Notes: a model not told the origin generated them from the letters alone. 64,000 nt of DNA from Clostridiales bacterium (GCA_016281915.1 JAEEJO010000066.1:54845-118844), one strand, 5' to 3'. Positions 1 to 10,013 are shown, counted from the first letter of the stretch. Made by a program: numbers and translations.

Positions 1-915
1 CTGTTTTACAGACAGGGAATAGTTGCTGTAGATACAACCAAAACTCAGAACGGAACACGCGTTGATTCGGTTATAGTAACGACAAAAAACGGACTTGTAA
101 GGCACAAAGCGAAGATTTTCATAGATTGCACGGGAGACGGCGATCTTTCCGTATGGGCAGGTGCGAAATATATGATCTCTCAGGAACTTCAGCCGGGAAC
201 AATGCGCCTATATCCTGCCGGAAACAGCGACGCGGCTCTTTTTGAGAAATCAGATAAAGCCTGGAGCGAAGCGACCGTAAAAGACCCCGGGCTGAGAGAA
301 ATACTTTGTTCGGGCAGATTCGAAAGCCTGCTGTCTTCAAAAGGAGACAATACAAACCATATTTGCGGATTGAATACCGCAGACAGCGAAAGCCGCAGCG
401 ATACCGAGATAAAGACCAGAAAGCAGATAGTTGAAATGCTTTCGGTAATAAAATCGTCAGGTGCTCCTATGGATATAATAGGCAGCGCGCCGGAATCCGC
501 TCCGAGGGAAAGTCGAAGAATAGAGGGAGATATCGTAATGACAGGAGACGATTACCTTAATAAGCGCATATACGACGATGCGGTATGCTACACATACTGG
601 TTTATCGATATTCACCGGGACAACAAACCCTCAAGGATAGTTTATCTGAATGATGAAAAAACGCCTTCTATCTCACTTGGTGCAATGCGACCCAAGGGTC
701 TCCTGAACGTTTATACTGCGGGACGCTGCGTATCCGCAGACAGGGAAAGCCAGTCTGCAATAAGGGTAAAAGCCTCATGCATGGCGATGGGTCAGGCAGT
801 CGGAGCCGCGGCTGCAGTTGCATTGAGAAATCATACGGTCAACACAAGGCTTGTAAACACGGATGAAGTAAAAGATTATCTGCGCAGTCAGGGAGCAATC
901 GTTCCCGAACGGTAA
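1..915 (+). CDS. FAD-dependent oxidoreductase (5' end outside window)
   Basis: Frame 1 is open from base 1 into listed ORF 172..915 (LFYRQGIVAVD...IDCTGDGDLSVWAGAKY). The C-terminal GRCVSADRESQSAIRVKASCMAMGQAVGAAAAVAL is typical of PF12831-type FAD oxidoreductases. Recognised from memory. Confidence 0.7.
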   Translation: MFYRQGIVAVDTTKTQNGTRVDSVIVTTKNGLVRHKAKIFIDCTGDGDLSVWAGAKYMISQELQPGTMRLYPAGNSDAALFEKSDKAWSEATVKDPGLREILCSGRFESLLSSKGDNTNHICGLNTADSESRSDTEIKTRKQIVEMLSVIKSSGAPMDIIGSAPESAPRESRRIEGDIVMTGDDYLNKRIYDDAVCYTYWFIDIHRDNKPSRIVYLNDEKTPSISLGAMRPKGLLNVYTAGRCVSADRESQSAIRVKASCMAMGQAVGAAAAVALRNHTVNTRLVNTDEVKDYLRSQGAIVPER

Positions 916-930
916 TCTCAAATAAAAAGA

Positions 931-964
931 AAGACCTCTTTTGCGAAGCTGCAAAAGAGGTCTT
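931..964. terminator. Bidirectional hairpin terminator between convergent genes
   Basis: aagacctcttttgc / gaagct / gcaaaagaggtctt forms a perfect 14-bp stem, with A-run upstream and T-rich sequence downstream. Confidence 0.7.
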
Positions 965-966
965 GA

Positions 967-3207
967 TTATTTCTCTATGAATTTTTCCCAGATAAGGACA
1001 TGTTTTTTCATGTCGTTTATATCAAGGACGGCATTGGCAAAGCCCTTCCGAACAAGCTCTGAGGGAACGAATTCATCATATTTTTCAAATACCGGAATTT
1101 CATTGGGATAAACGAGAGAAAGAGGATCGAATTCGTTTTTTGCCTCATCGCAGACAATTTCATAAAACTCCGTTTCGCTTGCCTGCATTGTAAACTGCAT
1201 ATAATACGGACGAGACGACTGAAGTCCCTTGAGACCGAGCCTTTTACCGCAACGTATCTTGAGGAAACGCTCCATCGCAAGAAACGCATACGTGCCTACC
1301 CACGGGAAAAGCGCCCACATGTTTCCGCCGAGACAGATCAGCGGACGGTCCGCCATATGCGATTTACCAAATGTTTCTCTTGCATCGGCAAGACGGCATA
1401 TCGCGTGAGGCATGAGATACGGATACTGTCTGTTTTCATTAAGCACCGCATACATACGCTCTAAAATACGCGTATTTATATCGCCTGCAACGTCACCAAA
1501 ATATGCGGGGATATTTCCTTTTACAAGGGTACAGAATACTTCGCGGCGTTTGTGGTCTACCTCCTCCACTACCCAGACACGGCCCGCTATGGCGATCTTA
1601 TCACCTACAGGCGGCGGTTTTACGATAGTTCCGAGCTGTTCGGATCCGGAGCGGACGGTATACTCGGTATTTTCTCGGAAAACGGCATAGAATTTATAGT
1701 TATTTACGATCCGTTCACCGGTCAGTCCGACGATCAGTCCACCGTTCTCCGTTCGGTTTATATGGTCAGATTCAATAAGGTGCAAAAGCAGGGTTTTATA
1801 ATCTTCTGCAGTTATATTGCTGAACGCAGAAAGCGTCAGAACGCGGGATGCGAGCTCTGCCGGCGTCATTTCGCCGTAAGACGCAAGCGTGCTCATAGTC
1901 TGATGATAAAGAAGGCTGAAAGGCATTCTGAACATACGGGGAGGTTCGACAAATCTCTCCTCGATATACAGCTGTATGAGCGCTATTCCCTGAATAAGAT
2001 ACCATGGGATGCTGTCGGGAAGCATCGCGCGTGCTTCCATATGATCTTCACGCATCACGAACCACATTTCGGCGGGATCGCCCCGTCGTCCTGTTCTGCC
2101 CAGACGCTGAAGGAAGCCTGAAACAGTAAACGGAGCATCGATCTGAAATGCCCGTTCAAGCTTTCCGACGTCTATACCCAGTTCGAGCGTTGCGGTGGCG
2201 CAGACGGACATGAGAGAATCGTCGTCTTTCATTTCCTCTTCCGCACTTTCACGGTATGAAGCGGAAAGATTGCCGTGATGGATAAGAAATCTGTCCGGCT
2301 CTCTGTTCGCCTCGCAATACTGTCTTAGCTGCTGACAAACCGATTCGCATTCTTCGCGCGAATTTGTAAAGACAAGACATTTTTTCCCTTTTGTATGCTC
2401 AAATATATATCCGATACCCGGATCTGCGGCAGCGGGAGCCGTATCTGTAGGATTTTCAATGTGAGGTGAAGGAGCGTTGATAGTTTTTCCTTCATCCGCC
2501 TGAGGAGCCGAATTGTAAAAATGCTCCATGGAAATACGCCAGACCTCTTTGCCGCCGTCGAATTTCGGGATGACGGTTTCTTTTTTGCTGCCGGCGGCGA
2601 GAAATCTGCCCGCAAGCTCCGGATTACCTATCGTTGCGGAAAGGCCTATTCTTCGAGGATCGCATCCTGCTGCGGCGCAAAGACGCTCGATAAGGCAAAA
2701 CGTCTGCAACCCCCTGTCTGCACGGAGCAACGAATGGATCTCATCAATAACTATGAACCGCAGATCACCGAAAAGAGACGGAATTTCCATATGCTTGTTT
2801 ATCAACAGTGATTCCAGAGACTCGGGCGTGATCTGAAGTATGCCCGCCGGTTTTTTGATAAGTTTTCGTTTGGCTGTCTGATTCGCATCTCCGTGCCATC
2901 TTGTTACGGGGATGCCCTGTTCTTCGCAAAGCTCAGTCAGACGGCCGAACTGATCGTTGATAAGCGCTTTGAGCGGGGCGATATAGAGCACGCCGACGGA
3001 TCTCAGCGGATCTTCGTCAAGCAACGTAAGGATCGGGAAAAAAGCAGCCTCTGTTTTACCTGATGCTGTTGAAGCGGTAAGAAGGACGTTTTTATCTGTT
3101 CCGAATATGGCGTCTCCGGCAGCATTCTGAACGGCACGAAGGCTCTGCCATCCGGAGCGGTATATATAGTCCTGAATAAAGGGTGCATATCTTTCGAATA
3201 CATTCAT
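967..3207 (-). CDS. sngC: DEAD/DEAH-box (Lhr-like) helicase, Shango SngC-like
   Basis: 746-aa ORF with helicase motifs ASTASGKTEAAF (I), VIDEIHSL (II), LSATIGN (III) and QRLGRTGRRG (VI), plus a C-terminal extension of about 300 aa. It overlaps the upstream gene by 4 nt (ATGA). Confidence 0.85.
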   Translation of the reverse strand: MNVFERYAPFIQDYIYRSGWQSLRAVQNAAGDAIFGTDKNVLLTASTASGKTEAAFFPILTLLDEDPLRSVGVLYIAPLKALINDQFGRLTELCEEQGIPVTRWHGDANQTAKRKLIKKPAGILQITPESLESLLINKHMEIPSLFGDLRFIVIDEIHSLLRADRGLQTFCLIERLCAAAGCDPRRIGLSATIGNPELAGRFLAAGSKKETVIPKFDGGKEVWRISMEHFYNSAPQADEGKTINAPSPHIENPTDTAPAAADPGIGYIFEHTKGKKCLVFTNSREECESVCQQLRQYCEANREPDRFLIHHGNLSASYRESAEEEMKDDDSLMSVCATATLELGIDVGKLERAFQIDAPFTVSGFLQRLGRTGRRGDPAEMWFVMREDHMEARAMLPDSIPWYLIQGIALIQLYIEERFVEPPRMFRMPFSLLYHQTMSTLASYGEMTPAELASRVLTLSAFSNITAEDYKTLLLHLIESDHINRTENGGLIVGLTGERIVNNYKFYAVFRENTEYTVRSGSEQLGTIVKPPPVGDKIAIAGRVWVVEEVDHKRREVFCTLVKGNIPAYFGDVAGDINTRILERMYAVLNENRQYPYLMPHAICRLADARETFGKSHMADRPLICLGGNMWALFPWVGTYAFLAMERFLKIRCGKRLGLKGLQSSRPYYMQFTMQASETEFYEIVCDEAKNEFDPLSLVYPNEIPVFEKYDEFVPSELVRKGFANAVLDINDMKKHVLIWEKFIEK

Positions 3208-4532
3208 AAGGTAAACTCCACGTATCCGGGGTCGGCATCGTCAGAAACGGCTTCCGAGCCGGCATAACTGAACTCATCTGAATTAAGCAGTGACGCGACG
3301 TCTGTTTCGGGATGCTGATATAAAATATCAAGAAGTTCGATAAAATCACGTATAACTTCACGTGGCGTTATGTTTATGTCCGCGCCTATGCGTGAGTATT
3401 CGATCCTGATAAAAGTAACAAGATCATCCGTGCTGATCTTACGCTCATACCCATAAAGGTCGGCGTGCATTTCCGATAGTTTTTCGCATAATACAAGCAT
3501 TTCTTCTGCGGTAAGAGGTTCAAGTCTTATAACGGGAGCAAGCAGATCTCTTGAGCCCGGTTTTGAAAAACGTCCTTCAGCGAGACGTGAGCGAAGGGCC
3601 TCGTAGCTGTATACTCCGCGGCGCTTGTCTTCCAACGCCTGAGGCGTGGAGCCCATGAGGATACCGAGATATTTCGCCTTGCCCTGAAGAGTATCGTTAT
3701 ACATTGAAAGAAGTTTTTCGTAATTATACTGTCTTGTAACGGAATTAGGTATTTTATAAATGTTTACAAGCTCGTCTATCATTATAAACATACCTGCATA
3801 TCCCGCCATTCTGAAAAACGATGCAAAGAGCTTCAGATAATCGTACCAGTCATCGTCGGTAATGATCATATTGACGCCAAGCTCCGCTTTTGCTTCGCTT
3901 TTCAGCGTATACTCACCGCGAAACCAGCGAACGACATTCGCTTTTTTATCGTCATCGCCCTCAACATATGCGCGGTAATAGGCGGAAAGAAGTCTGGCAA
4001 ACTCAAAACCGTGAACAAGCTCACTTACGGAAGAGGTAACGGCAAGTATCTTTTTATCGGTTGCCGAAGCAAGAAGCGGATCGTCCGGCGATAAGCCTGT
4101 TTCCCGGATCGCTTCGCTCTGGACCGCGCTTATCCAGCGGTCGAGCACGAGCGTCAGTGCGCCTCCTTCGGGCCTGGTTTTTGTTGACAGATTCGATATC
4201 AGCTCACGGTAAGTTGCTATTCCCTGTCCTTTTGTGCCCTGCAGACGTCTTTCGGGAGAGAGGTCGGCATCGGCAACGATAAAACCGCGTTCCATCGCAT
4301 AGTTGCGTATCGTTTGCAGAAGAAAACTTTTGCCGCTGCCGTATCTGCCGACAATAAAGCGGAACGACGCTCCCCCGTCGGAAATGATATCGATATCGTG
4401 AAGAAGAGCCTCTATCTCATTTTTTCTTCCTACCGTTATATACGGCAGACCTATACGGGGCACAACGCCGCCTTTAAGCGAATTGAGCACCGCCTGAGCA
4501 ATGCGTTTGGGCGCTCTTTTCTGATCAGTCAT
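3204..4532 (-). CDS. sngB: P-loop ATPase (DUF2791 / BREX-type ATP-binding domain), Shango SngB-like
   Basis: 442-aa ORF with Walker A GRYGSGKS and Walker B FIMIDEL. It overlaps the upstream gene by 8 nt and the downstream helicase by 4 nt. Confidence 0.8.
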   Translation of the reverse strand: MTDQKRAPKRIAQAVLNSLKGGVVPRIGLPYITVGRKNEIEALLHDIDIISDGGASFRFIVGRYGSGKSFLLQTIRNYAMERGFIVADADLSPERRLQGTKGQGIATYRELISNLSTKTRPEGGALTLVLDRWISAVQSEAIRETGLSPDDPLLASATDKKILAVTSSVSELVHGFEFARLLSAYYRAYVEGDDDKKANVVRWFRGEYTLKSEAKAELGVNMIITDDDWYDYLKLFASFFRMAGYAGMFIMIDELVNIYKIPNSVTRQYNYEKLLSMYNDTLQGKAKYLGILMGSTPQALEDKRRGVYSYEALRSRLAEGRFSKPGSRDLLAPVIRLEPLTAEEMLVLCEKLSEMHADLYGYERKISTDDLVTFIRIEYSRIGADINITPREVIRDFIELLDILYQHPETDVASLLNSDEFSYAGSEAVSDDADPGYVEFTL

Positions 4533-6339
4533 TATTACATCCTCCGAGCAAACGCTCTAAATCTTCAATATAATCTTCAACAACGGACAGTTTATTGTTT
4601 TCGCAAATTACAACTGAGTCCCCTATTTCGTCAAACAGCGACTCATTTATAAAATCAGCAGCTATTGAAGGCATAAGACGGGCATCTTTTATGATCGGAT
4701 CGGCATCTTCTCCCTTAATAAGCGCTTTGAGAATTTGTACCTGTACGGAATCAAGCGGAAGTGACGAATCGTTGATTGAACTCTCGCTCTGCGTGTATTC
4801 TGTCTCTTCTTCGATTTCCTCGTCAGTCAAAAGGCTGTCTCTTGTTATCATTGCATCGGTCCGGATCTTATCAAGACCTGACAGATCGATGGAAATTATC
4901 TGTCTTGACGCTTCTATGATTTCCGTTTGATCCTGTTTGATAACGCCGTTAACGAAAGGTATCGCCCACTCCGCAGCCGCATCTTCTTTGAGGTATCTGC
5001 CGGTTTTAAGATAGCGGCGCAAAAGCGCATCTGTTTCGCGGAGAAATGAGGAAAGCAGCTCGCGATCAAACAATGCCTTTGAGTATGACGTTACAGACCA
5101 TTCGCCGTTGCGGCAACGGTAATATCTTGCATCATTTATAATATAGTCGGTGTTTCCGTTTTTGTTTTTATTATAATAGACCGCATTGGCAAGCGGAAGC
5201 CATCGACAAGTCGTTTTTTTGCCGAAGCAAAGACGGAAAAGAGTTTTTTCGTCTCTTTTATATTCCGAAGCGGCGCGCCACGATTCTGCAAACAGGCGTT
5301 TGCCCCTCTCCTGGTATACGGTGACAACGGGCGATGATGACGTCTTTTTCCCGCCGATCGCGCAAAGAGCGTCAAAGACATCATTATCGGAGTACGCAGA
5401 GGGATTTTTAAGAACTGAAAGAGCAGCGTCTCTATTAACCGTATCGGAATCGAAAGTTTCAATCGCAAGCTCTTTCGGAAGTCCGTTTATGATGATATAA
5501 TCAAGCGTCCAGCTGCGAAGGTTTACACGCATTCGCGGATTGCCGAATCCTGCATCGATATAGCCTTTTTCAAATGCTCTGAGTTTGGATACCGCATCTT
5601 CCGGCGAATCAGCGCCGATACCGTTGATAAGCTCATAAATATAGATATAAGCAGCTGAAACCGGGATAGGACGGAATACTCCTTTTCTTACCTGACTGCG
5701 CCATGAGAAATATCCGCGAAGCTGATTTGTTGTAAGATCGTGATACGTAGGGAAATAGCAGTTAAAATCTCCCGTCCACTCATAATCGTCTTCAAAATCG
5801 TACATAAACAAGGCTTGATTATAGAAATTTCTTGCCTTTGACTCAAGAGATTCTCTGCCGTATTCGTATAGTCTTCGCATCTCGCGGATCCGCAGCGGTG
5901 CAGGATCGGCAGAAGGGATTGATTTTGCGTCAGAGAATGGTATTGCGGTGTCGCTGTATCGTAATTTTTCAGTGAGAAGCTGAGATGCAAGAGTGATTTT
6001 AAAGCCACTTGGGGCGCCTTCGGCAACAGCGCGGTCAAAAATGGAGAATATAACGTCGGGATCGGTAGTTTCATTGAAAACGACCCCTATCCAACGACCT
6101 GCATGCATGCGAAAAGGTGCAGACAGATAAGAGCATGCGGGAGCTGCGCCGCTGTATTTGATATCGCATCTTTCGATTTCTTCTCCAAGGTCTTCGTTCC
6201 ACTGGCGTATGACCAACGCGACCCATTTGCCCGTTTCAGGGTGGCAAAGAACGGAAAAGCCCGGGAAATCCGACCATTTATGCTCTTCCGAAATATGATA
6301 TTTTTCAGCCGCATACTCCGTCAGATCGGAAATTCTCAT
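4525..6339 (-). CDS. sngA: TerB-N / TerB-C domain protein with N-terminal MmcQ/YjbR-like module, Shango SngA-like
   Basis: The ORF extends to 6369, but ATG 6339 is preceded by GGGGGAGGG at 8 nt. TerB-N-like segment: YFPTYHDLTTNQLRGYFSWRSQVRKG. TerB-C-like C-terminus: LDSVQVQIL...AADFINESLFDEIGDSVV. N-terminal YjbR-like segment: WSDFPGFSVLCHPETGKWVALVI...FRMHAGRWIGVVF. Confidence 0.8.
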   Translation of the reverse strand: MRISDLTEYAAEKYHISEEHKWSDFPGFSVLCHPETGKWVALVIRQWNEDLGEEIERCDIKYSGAAPACSYLSAPFRMHAGRWIGVVFNETTDPDVIFSIFDRAVAEGAPSGFKITLASQLLTEKLRYSDTAIPFSDAKSIPSADPAPLRIREMRRLYEYGRESLESKARNFYNQALFMYDFEDDYEWTGDFNCYFPTYHDLTTNQLRGYFSWRSQVRKGVFRPIPVSAAYIYIYELINGIGADSPEDAVSKLRAFEKGYIDAGFGNPRMRVNLRSWTLDYIIINGLPKELAIETFDSDTVNRDAALSVLKNPSAYSDNDVFDALCAIGGKKTSSSPVVTVYQERGKRLFAESWRAASEYKRDEKTLFRLCFGKKTTCRWLPLANAVYYNKNKNGNTDYIINDARYYRCRNGEWSVTSYSKALFDRELLSSFLRETDALLRRYLKTGRYLKEDAAAEWAIPFVNGVIKQDQTEIIEASRQIISIDLSGLDKIRTDAMITRDSLLTDEEIEEETEYTQSESSINDSSLPLDSVQVQILKALIKGEDADPIIKDARLMPSIAADFINESLFDEIGDSVVICENNKLSVVEDYIEDLERLLGGCNND

Positions 6340-6380
6340 TTTCTGCCCTCCCCCTGCGTCAACGCTCATAGTATTCTTTT

Positions 6381-6409
6381 ATTATACAATATAAAACATC
6401 AAAAATCAA
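6381..6409 (-). promoter_or_regulatory. Sigma-A-type promoter of the TerB/ATPase/helicase operon
   Basis: On the minus strand: TTGATT, 17 nt, TATAAT. The -10 element ends about 12 nt upstream of position 6369. Confidence 0.5.
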
Positions 6410-6522
6410 GACCTGTTCGGTTTTTTGACCCGTAAAAAAGAACGCTTACAATTATTTTGATCTTCAGTATTTGGATAAATATGGTTTATTATTATTAACA
6501 ATCAAAAAAAATGTGATTTCTA

Positions 6523-6551
6523 TTGACAATCGTTAAAAAATATAATATAAT
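6523..6551 (+). promoter_or_regulatory. Promoter of permease gene
   Basis: TTGACA (6523-6528), 17 nt, TATAAT (6546-6551). Confidence 0.55.
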
Positions 6552-6633
6552 ACACAATTGTGCGTTCAGATAAAAACAAATTCATCAAAGCTGATAAATC
6601 ATAATAATTTAACGTTCCAAAAGGAGGAGCGAA

Positions 6634-7935
6634 ATGGCTGCTTCGATCATGATCTGCGCAATAACATGCACGCTGATGATCGCCTCGATACTGTTTTTTC
6701 CGAAAATAACCGTAAAAGGACATGAAATAGGAACATACTGGATAGTAACTCTTGCAGGAGCAGGCGTTATTCTTTTGACTCATACCGCAGATATTGCCGA
6801 CGTAGGAAAAGCGCTTACGGCGGACACGGCAATAAACCCTATCAAGATCCTTATCCTGTTTATTTCGATGACGGTTTTATCCGTTTTTCTCGACGAAGCG
6901 GGGTTCTTTTCGTATCTTGCTTCAATAACGCTTGAAAAAGCAGGGAAAAGCCAGCATGCTCTGTTTATGTATTTATACGTCACAGTGTCGGTGCTTACGG
7001 TATTCACATCAAACGATATAATAATTCTGACATTCACTCCTTTTATATGTTATTTTGCCAAAAACGCATCGATAAGCCCCATACCGTATCTTTTTGCAGA
7101 ATTTATAGCGGCGAATACATGGAGCATGGCGCTTATAATAGGAAATCCCACGAACATTTATCTTGCGACCGCTAACGGCATAGGATTTATGGACTATTTC
7201 ATTAATATGATCCTTCCCACGGTTACCGCGGGAGCCGTATCCTTCGCCGTTCTGTTTCTTATATTCAGAAAACAGCTTTCTCAGCCGATCGTTCCGACTA
7301 AAGCCCTTGCAAAGATCCGGGATAAGACGCTTCTCAGCATAGGGATCATACATCTGGGACTGTGTACGGTCCTTCTTGCGATCAGTTCGTATATACACGT
7401 TGAAATGTATTATATCTCCCTCGGCTTTGCAGTCAGCCTCGCAATATGGGTCATTGCGGTGTCGCTGATAAGAAAAAGGAAGCCTGTTGAGCTTATAGAC
7501 TGCATAAAGCGCTCGCCATGGCAGCTTATACCGTTTGTGCTTTCTATGTTTGTAATGATACTCTCCCTTTCGGAAAACGGGGTCACGGATAAGATCGACG
7601 AAATCATATCAAAGGGCGATGAGGTCTTCTCCTTCGGTCTTACATCGTTTGCTTCGGCAAACATAATCAACAATATTCCCATGAGCGTTCTTTTCAGCTC
7701 GATAGCAGAACCGCTGAGCGGAGCTGACAAGACAAGGGCGATATACGCCTCTGTGGTTGGGTCTAATTTAGGCGCGTTTCTTACACCCGTAGGAGCACTT
7801 GCAGGAATAATGTGGTCGTCGATACTGAAATTTCAGAACGTCAGATTCGGTTTTCGTGATTTTGTAAAATACGGAGCGGCTGTATCACTGCCTACGGTGC
7901 TTGCAACGCTTACAGTTCTTGATATAGTGCTTTAA
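6634..7935 (+). CDS. ArsB/NhaD (SLC13-like) family anion permease
   Basis: 433-aa polytopic membrane protein. SD AAAGGAGGAG precedes the ATG. Hydrophobic repeats and ...IIGNPTNIYLA... are typical of the ArsB/NhaD/citrate-transporter superfamily. Confidence 0.7.
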   Translation: MAASIMICAITCTLMIASILFFPKITVKGHEIGTYWIVTLAGAGVILLTHTADIADVGKALTADTAINPIKILILFISMTVLSVFLDEAGFFSYLASITLEKAGKSQHALFMYLYVTVSVLTVFTSNDIIILTFTPFICYFAKNASISPIPYLFAEFIAANTWSMALIIGNPTNIYLATANGIGFMDYFINMILPTVTAGAVSFAVLFLIFRKQLSQPIVPTKALAKIRDKTLLSIGIIHLGLCTVLLAISSYIHVEMYYISLGFAVSLAIWVIAVSLIRKRKPVELIDCIKRSPWQLIPFVLSMFVMILSLSENGVTDKIDEIISKGDEVFSFGLTSFASANIINNIPMSVLFSSIAEPLSGADKTRAIYASVVGSNLGAFLTPVGALAGIMWSSILKFQNVRFGFRDFVKYGAAVSLPTVLATLTVLDIVL

Positions 7936-7965
7936 AAAACAAGTCAGAATTATCAAATAAAAAAA

Positions 7966-7993
7966 CTCCCATGATACGGAAATATCACGGGAG
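7966..7993. terminator. Hairpin terminator between convergent genes
   Basis: ctcccatgat / acggaaat / atcacgggag forms a 10-bp stem with 1 mismatch, flanked by an A-run and a T-rich run. Confidence 0.55.
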
Positions 7994-8009
7994 ACTTTAT
8001 TTTTATTAT

Positions 8010-9050
8010 TCAGGCAAGATCCTTGCACGCCTTTATAAACATTTTAACGTTTTCATACGGCGTATCGCAGCCCATATCGCAGCCGGGGGCAAGAATGAAA
8101 GGTCTGCCGTTTGCGGTTTTTATTCTCTCGCATGCCTCTGCGTATACTTCGTCGGGAGTTCCTGCAAGCAGAGCTCCTGCAGGATTAAGGTTACCCATTA
8201 TAGCCATTTTACCGTCTGCATCGGTAAGAGCGGTATCAAGATCGACAAGGTAATCGCAGGAGAAAGCAAGGACTCCGGAATCACGAAGGCTCTGAATGCG
8301 AGCGCCCGATGCGCCGCAGACATGAGCCATGAAATATTTATAATCTGTGATCTTGTTTTTAAGGTTAACAAGAGCGGGAAGAGCCCATTCTTCATACATT
8401 CCCTGGCTTATGAGATTTCCGCTTGCGACAGGGTCTGCCGGCATAGCGATATCGCATCCGTTTTCACAAAGCAAACGGAACATCTCTGCGCTTATTTCCG
8501 TAGTGAAGTCCATAAGCTGTTCAACGAGTTCAGGTTCATCAGCCATAAGCATTATGAAATCCTGGGTTCCGACAAGGACGGATGCCATCGTGAAAGGAGC
8601 GGCTATATCCCCGAGAAGATATTTTCTGTCTCCGACAAGTTTTTTGACGTTTCTTGTCTGCGTGAGCATGTTTTGGACGAACTCGTTTGCAAGAAGTTTA
8701 TCTCTGATTGTGCTTTTATCAAGAAGAGGTATCTCGTTTTCCGGGTCTTTAAGCGCAGGACCGGCGTTTACGGGGCTGCCGATATCATCGATATGTATAG
8801 GCGAACCGAAAGCATTAAGACATGCTGTAAAAACGCCTGATACTGCACTGATGATATCCGTTTCGATATCGTCTGTCCATTTCGCTATGAGCGAAGCGCC
8901 TCCGTCCGGCATTCCGTACAGGGTGCGGTATGAAATGTTTTCGGTTTTTGCGATCCATGCACCGCCGTCAACGAGAGCAAAAGGGGTTCTGTCAACAGGT
9001 TTTCCGCTGAGAACTGCATCAATACGTTCTTTTGATGTCATAGTGTTCAT
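8010..9050 (-). CDS. Uroporphyrinogen decarboxylase (URO-D) family protein, MtaA/CmuA-like methyltransferase type
   Basis: 346-aa ORF with SD AAAGGAGA. The N-terminus MTSKERIDAVLSGKPVDRTPF and overall length are typical of URO-D-fold methyltransferases. Confidence 0.65.
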   Translation of the reverse strand: MNTMTSKERIDAVLSGKPVDRTPFALVDGGAWIAKTENISYRTLYGMPDGGASLIAKWTDDIETDIISAVSGVFTACLNAFGSPIHIDDIGSPVNAGPALKDPENEIPLLDKSTIRDKLLANEFVQNMLTQTRNVKKLVGDRKYLLGDIAAPFTMASVLVGTQDFIMLMADEPELVEQLMDFTTEISAEMFRLLCENGCDIAMPADPVASGNLISQGMYEEWALPALVNLKNKITDYKYFMAHVCGASGARIQSLRDSGVLAFSCDYLVDLDTALTDADGKMAIMGNLNPAGALLAGTPDEVYAEACERIKTANGRPFILAPGCDMGCDTPYENVKMFIKACKDLA

Positions 9051-9110
9051 AATTGTCTCCTTTTACGGTGTAAATAATACATTATGGTTAACTAAATAAG
9101 TGACTGCCGT

Positions 9111-9980
9111 TTATATACCCGAACCGTTGTCGCCCCATAGCTCGAGTATTTTTTCCGATTTGGAAGAATAGATAACAGTGCTGCCGGCAGGGACGGAATT
9201 TACGATCCACGTGCTTGCGCCGATTATACTGTTATCGCCTATATAAGTGTTGCCTCCGAGTATCGTGGCATTGGCGTAAATAATAACGTTGCTGCCTATA
9301 TTGGGATGTCTTTTCAGATTTTTCACGGGGTTCCCGTTTTTATCTTTCTCAAAGCTTTTCGCGCCGAGAGTAACGCCCTGATAAAGCCTGACATGGTCGC
9401 CTATGACTGCAGTTTCGCCTATAACTATACCCGTGCCGTGGTCGATAAAAAAGTATTCCCCTACCGTTGCTCCGGGGTGGATATCTATGCCTGTTTTTCC
9501 GTGAGCATATTCCGTCATTATTCTGGGGATGAGCGGAATATGCATTTTATATAGCTCATGTGCCATTCTGTATACCGCGACGGCAAAAAAACCCGGATAA
9601 CATAAAAGGACTTCACCGCGCGATTTTGCCGCGGGATCGCCGACATACAGGGCTTCAACATCCGTAAGAAGCGTTTTCTGAAGTTCGGGCAGACACTGCA
9701 TAAATCTGCCTGCAGCTACTTCGGAAGATGAACATGTTTTACCGACAGTTGAGAATGCGCGGCATATCTGCTCGGCAAGAATTTCGAAAACAGTCTTCTC
9801 AACGGTTTCGGGGTCTGATACGGTTTCAGAGCCGAAATAGCCGGGGAAAAGAAGAGAAAGAGTGCCGTTTATCAAGGTGCATATCTTCTCTTTATCAGGA
9901 AAACCCTTACCTTCAGATGAAGGGAACAGATTCGAATCTTTCAGATTATTATTGAGTTTTTGCAGGAGTTCTGATGACAT
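9111..9980 (-). CDS. cysE: Serine O-acetyltransferase
   Basis: 289-aa ORF. Left-handed beta-helix hexapeptide core: GIDIHPGATVGEYFFIDHGTGIVIGETAVIGDHVRLYQGVTLG. Confidence 0.9.
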   Translation of the reverse strand: MSSELLQKLNNNLKDSNLFPSSEGKGFPDKEKICTLINGTLSLLFPGYFGSETVSDPETVEKTVFEILAEQICRAFSTVGKTCSSSEVAAGRFMQCLPELQKTLLTDVEALYVGDPAAKSRGEVLLCYPGFFAVAVYRMAHELYKMHIPLIPRIMTEYAHGKTGIDIHPGATVGEYFFIDHGTGIVIGETAVIGDHVRLYQGVTLGAKSFEKDKNGNPVKNLKRHPNIGSNVIIYANATILGGNTYIGDNSIIGASTWIVNSVPAGSTVIYSSKSEKILELWGDNGSGI

Positions 9981-10013
9981 AATGCGTCTCTCCGGGAAGC
10001 GTTCAGGAAAGTA

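Noticed and set aside
1412-2836. Several 90-190-aa plus-strand ORFs inside the helicase gene
   Set aside because: They are antisense to a helicase ORF with all its motifs present, and their translations are not protein-like.
7971-9099. Long plus-strand ORFs 7971..8840 (289 aa) and 8347..9099 (250 aa)
   Set aside because: They are antisense to the URO-D family gene, which has a good SD and family-like sequence. Their translations are Cys/Ser/Ile-rich and non-protein-like.
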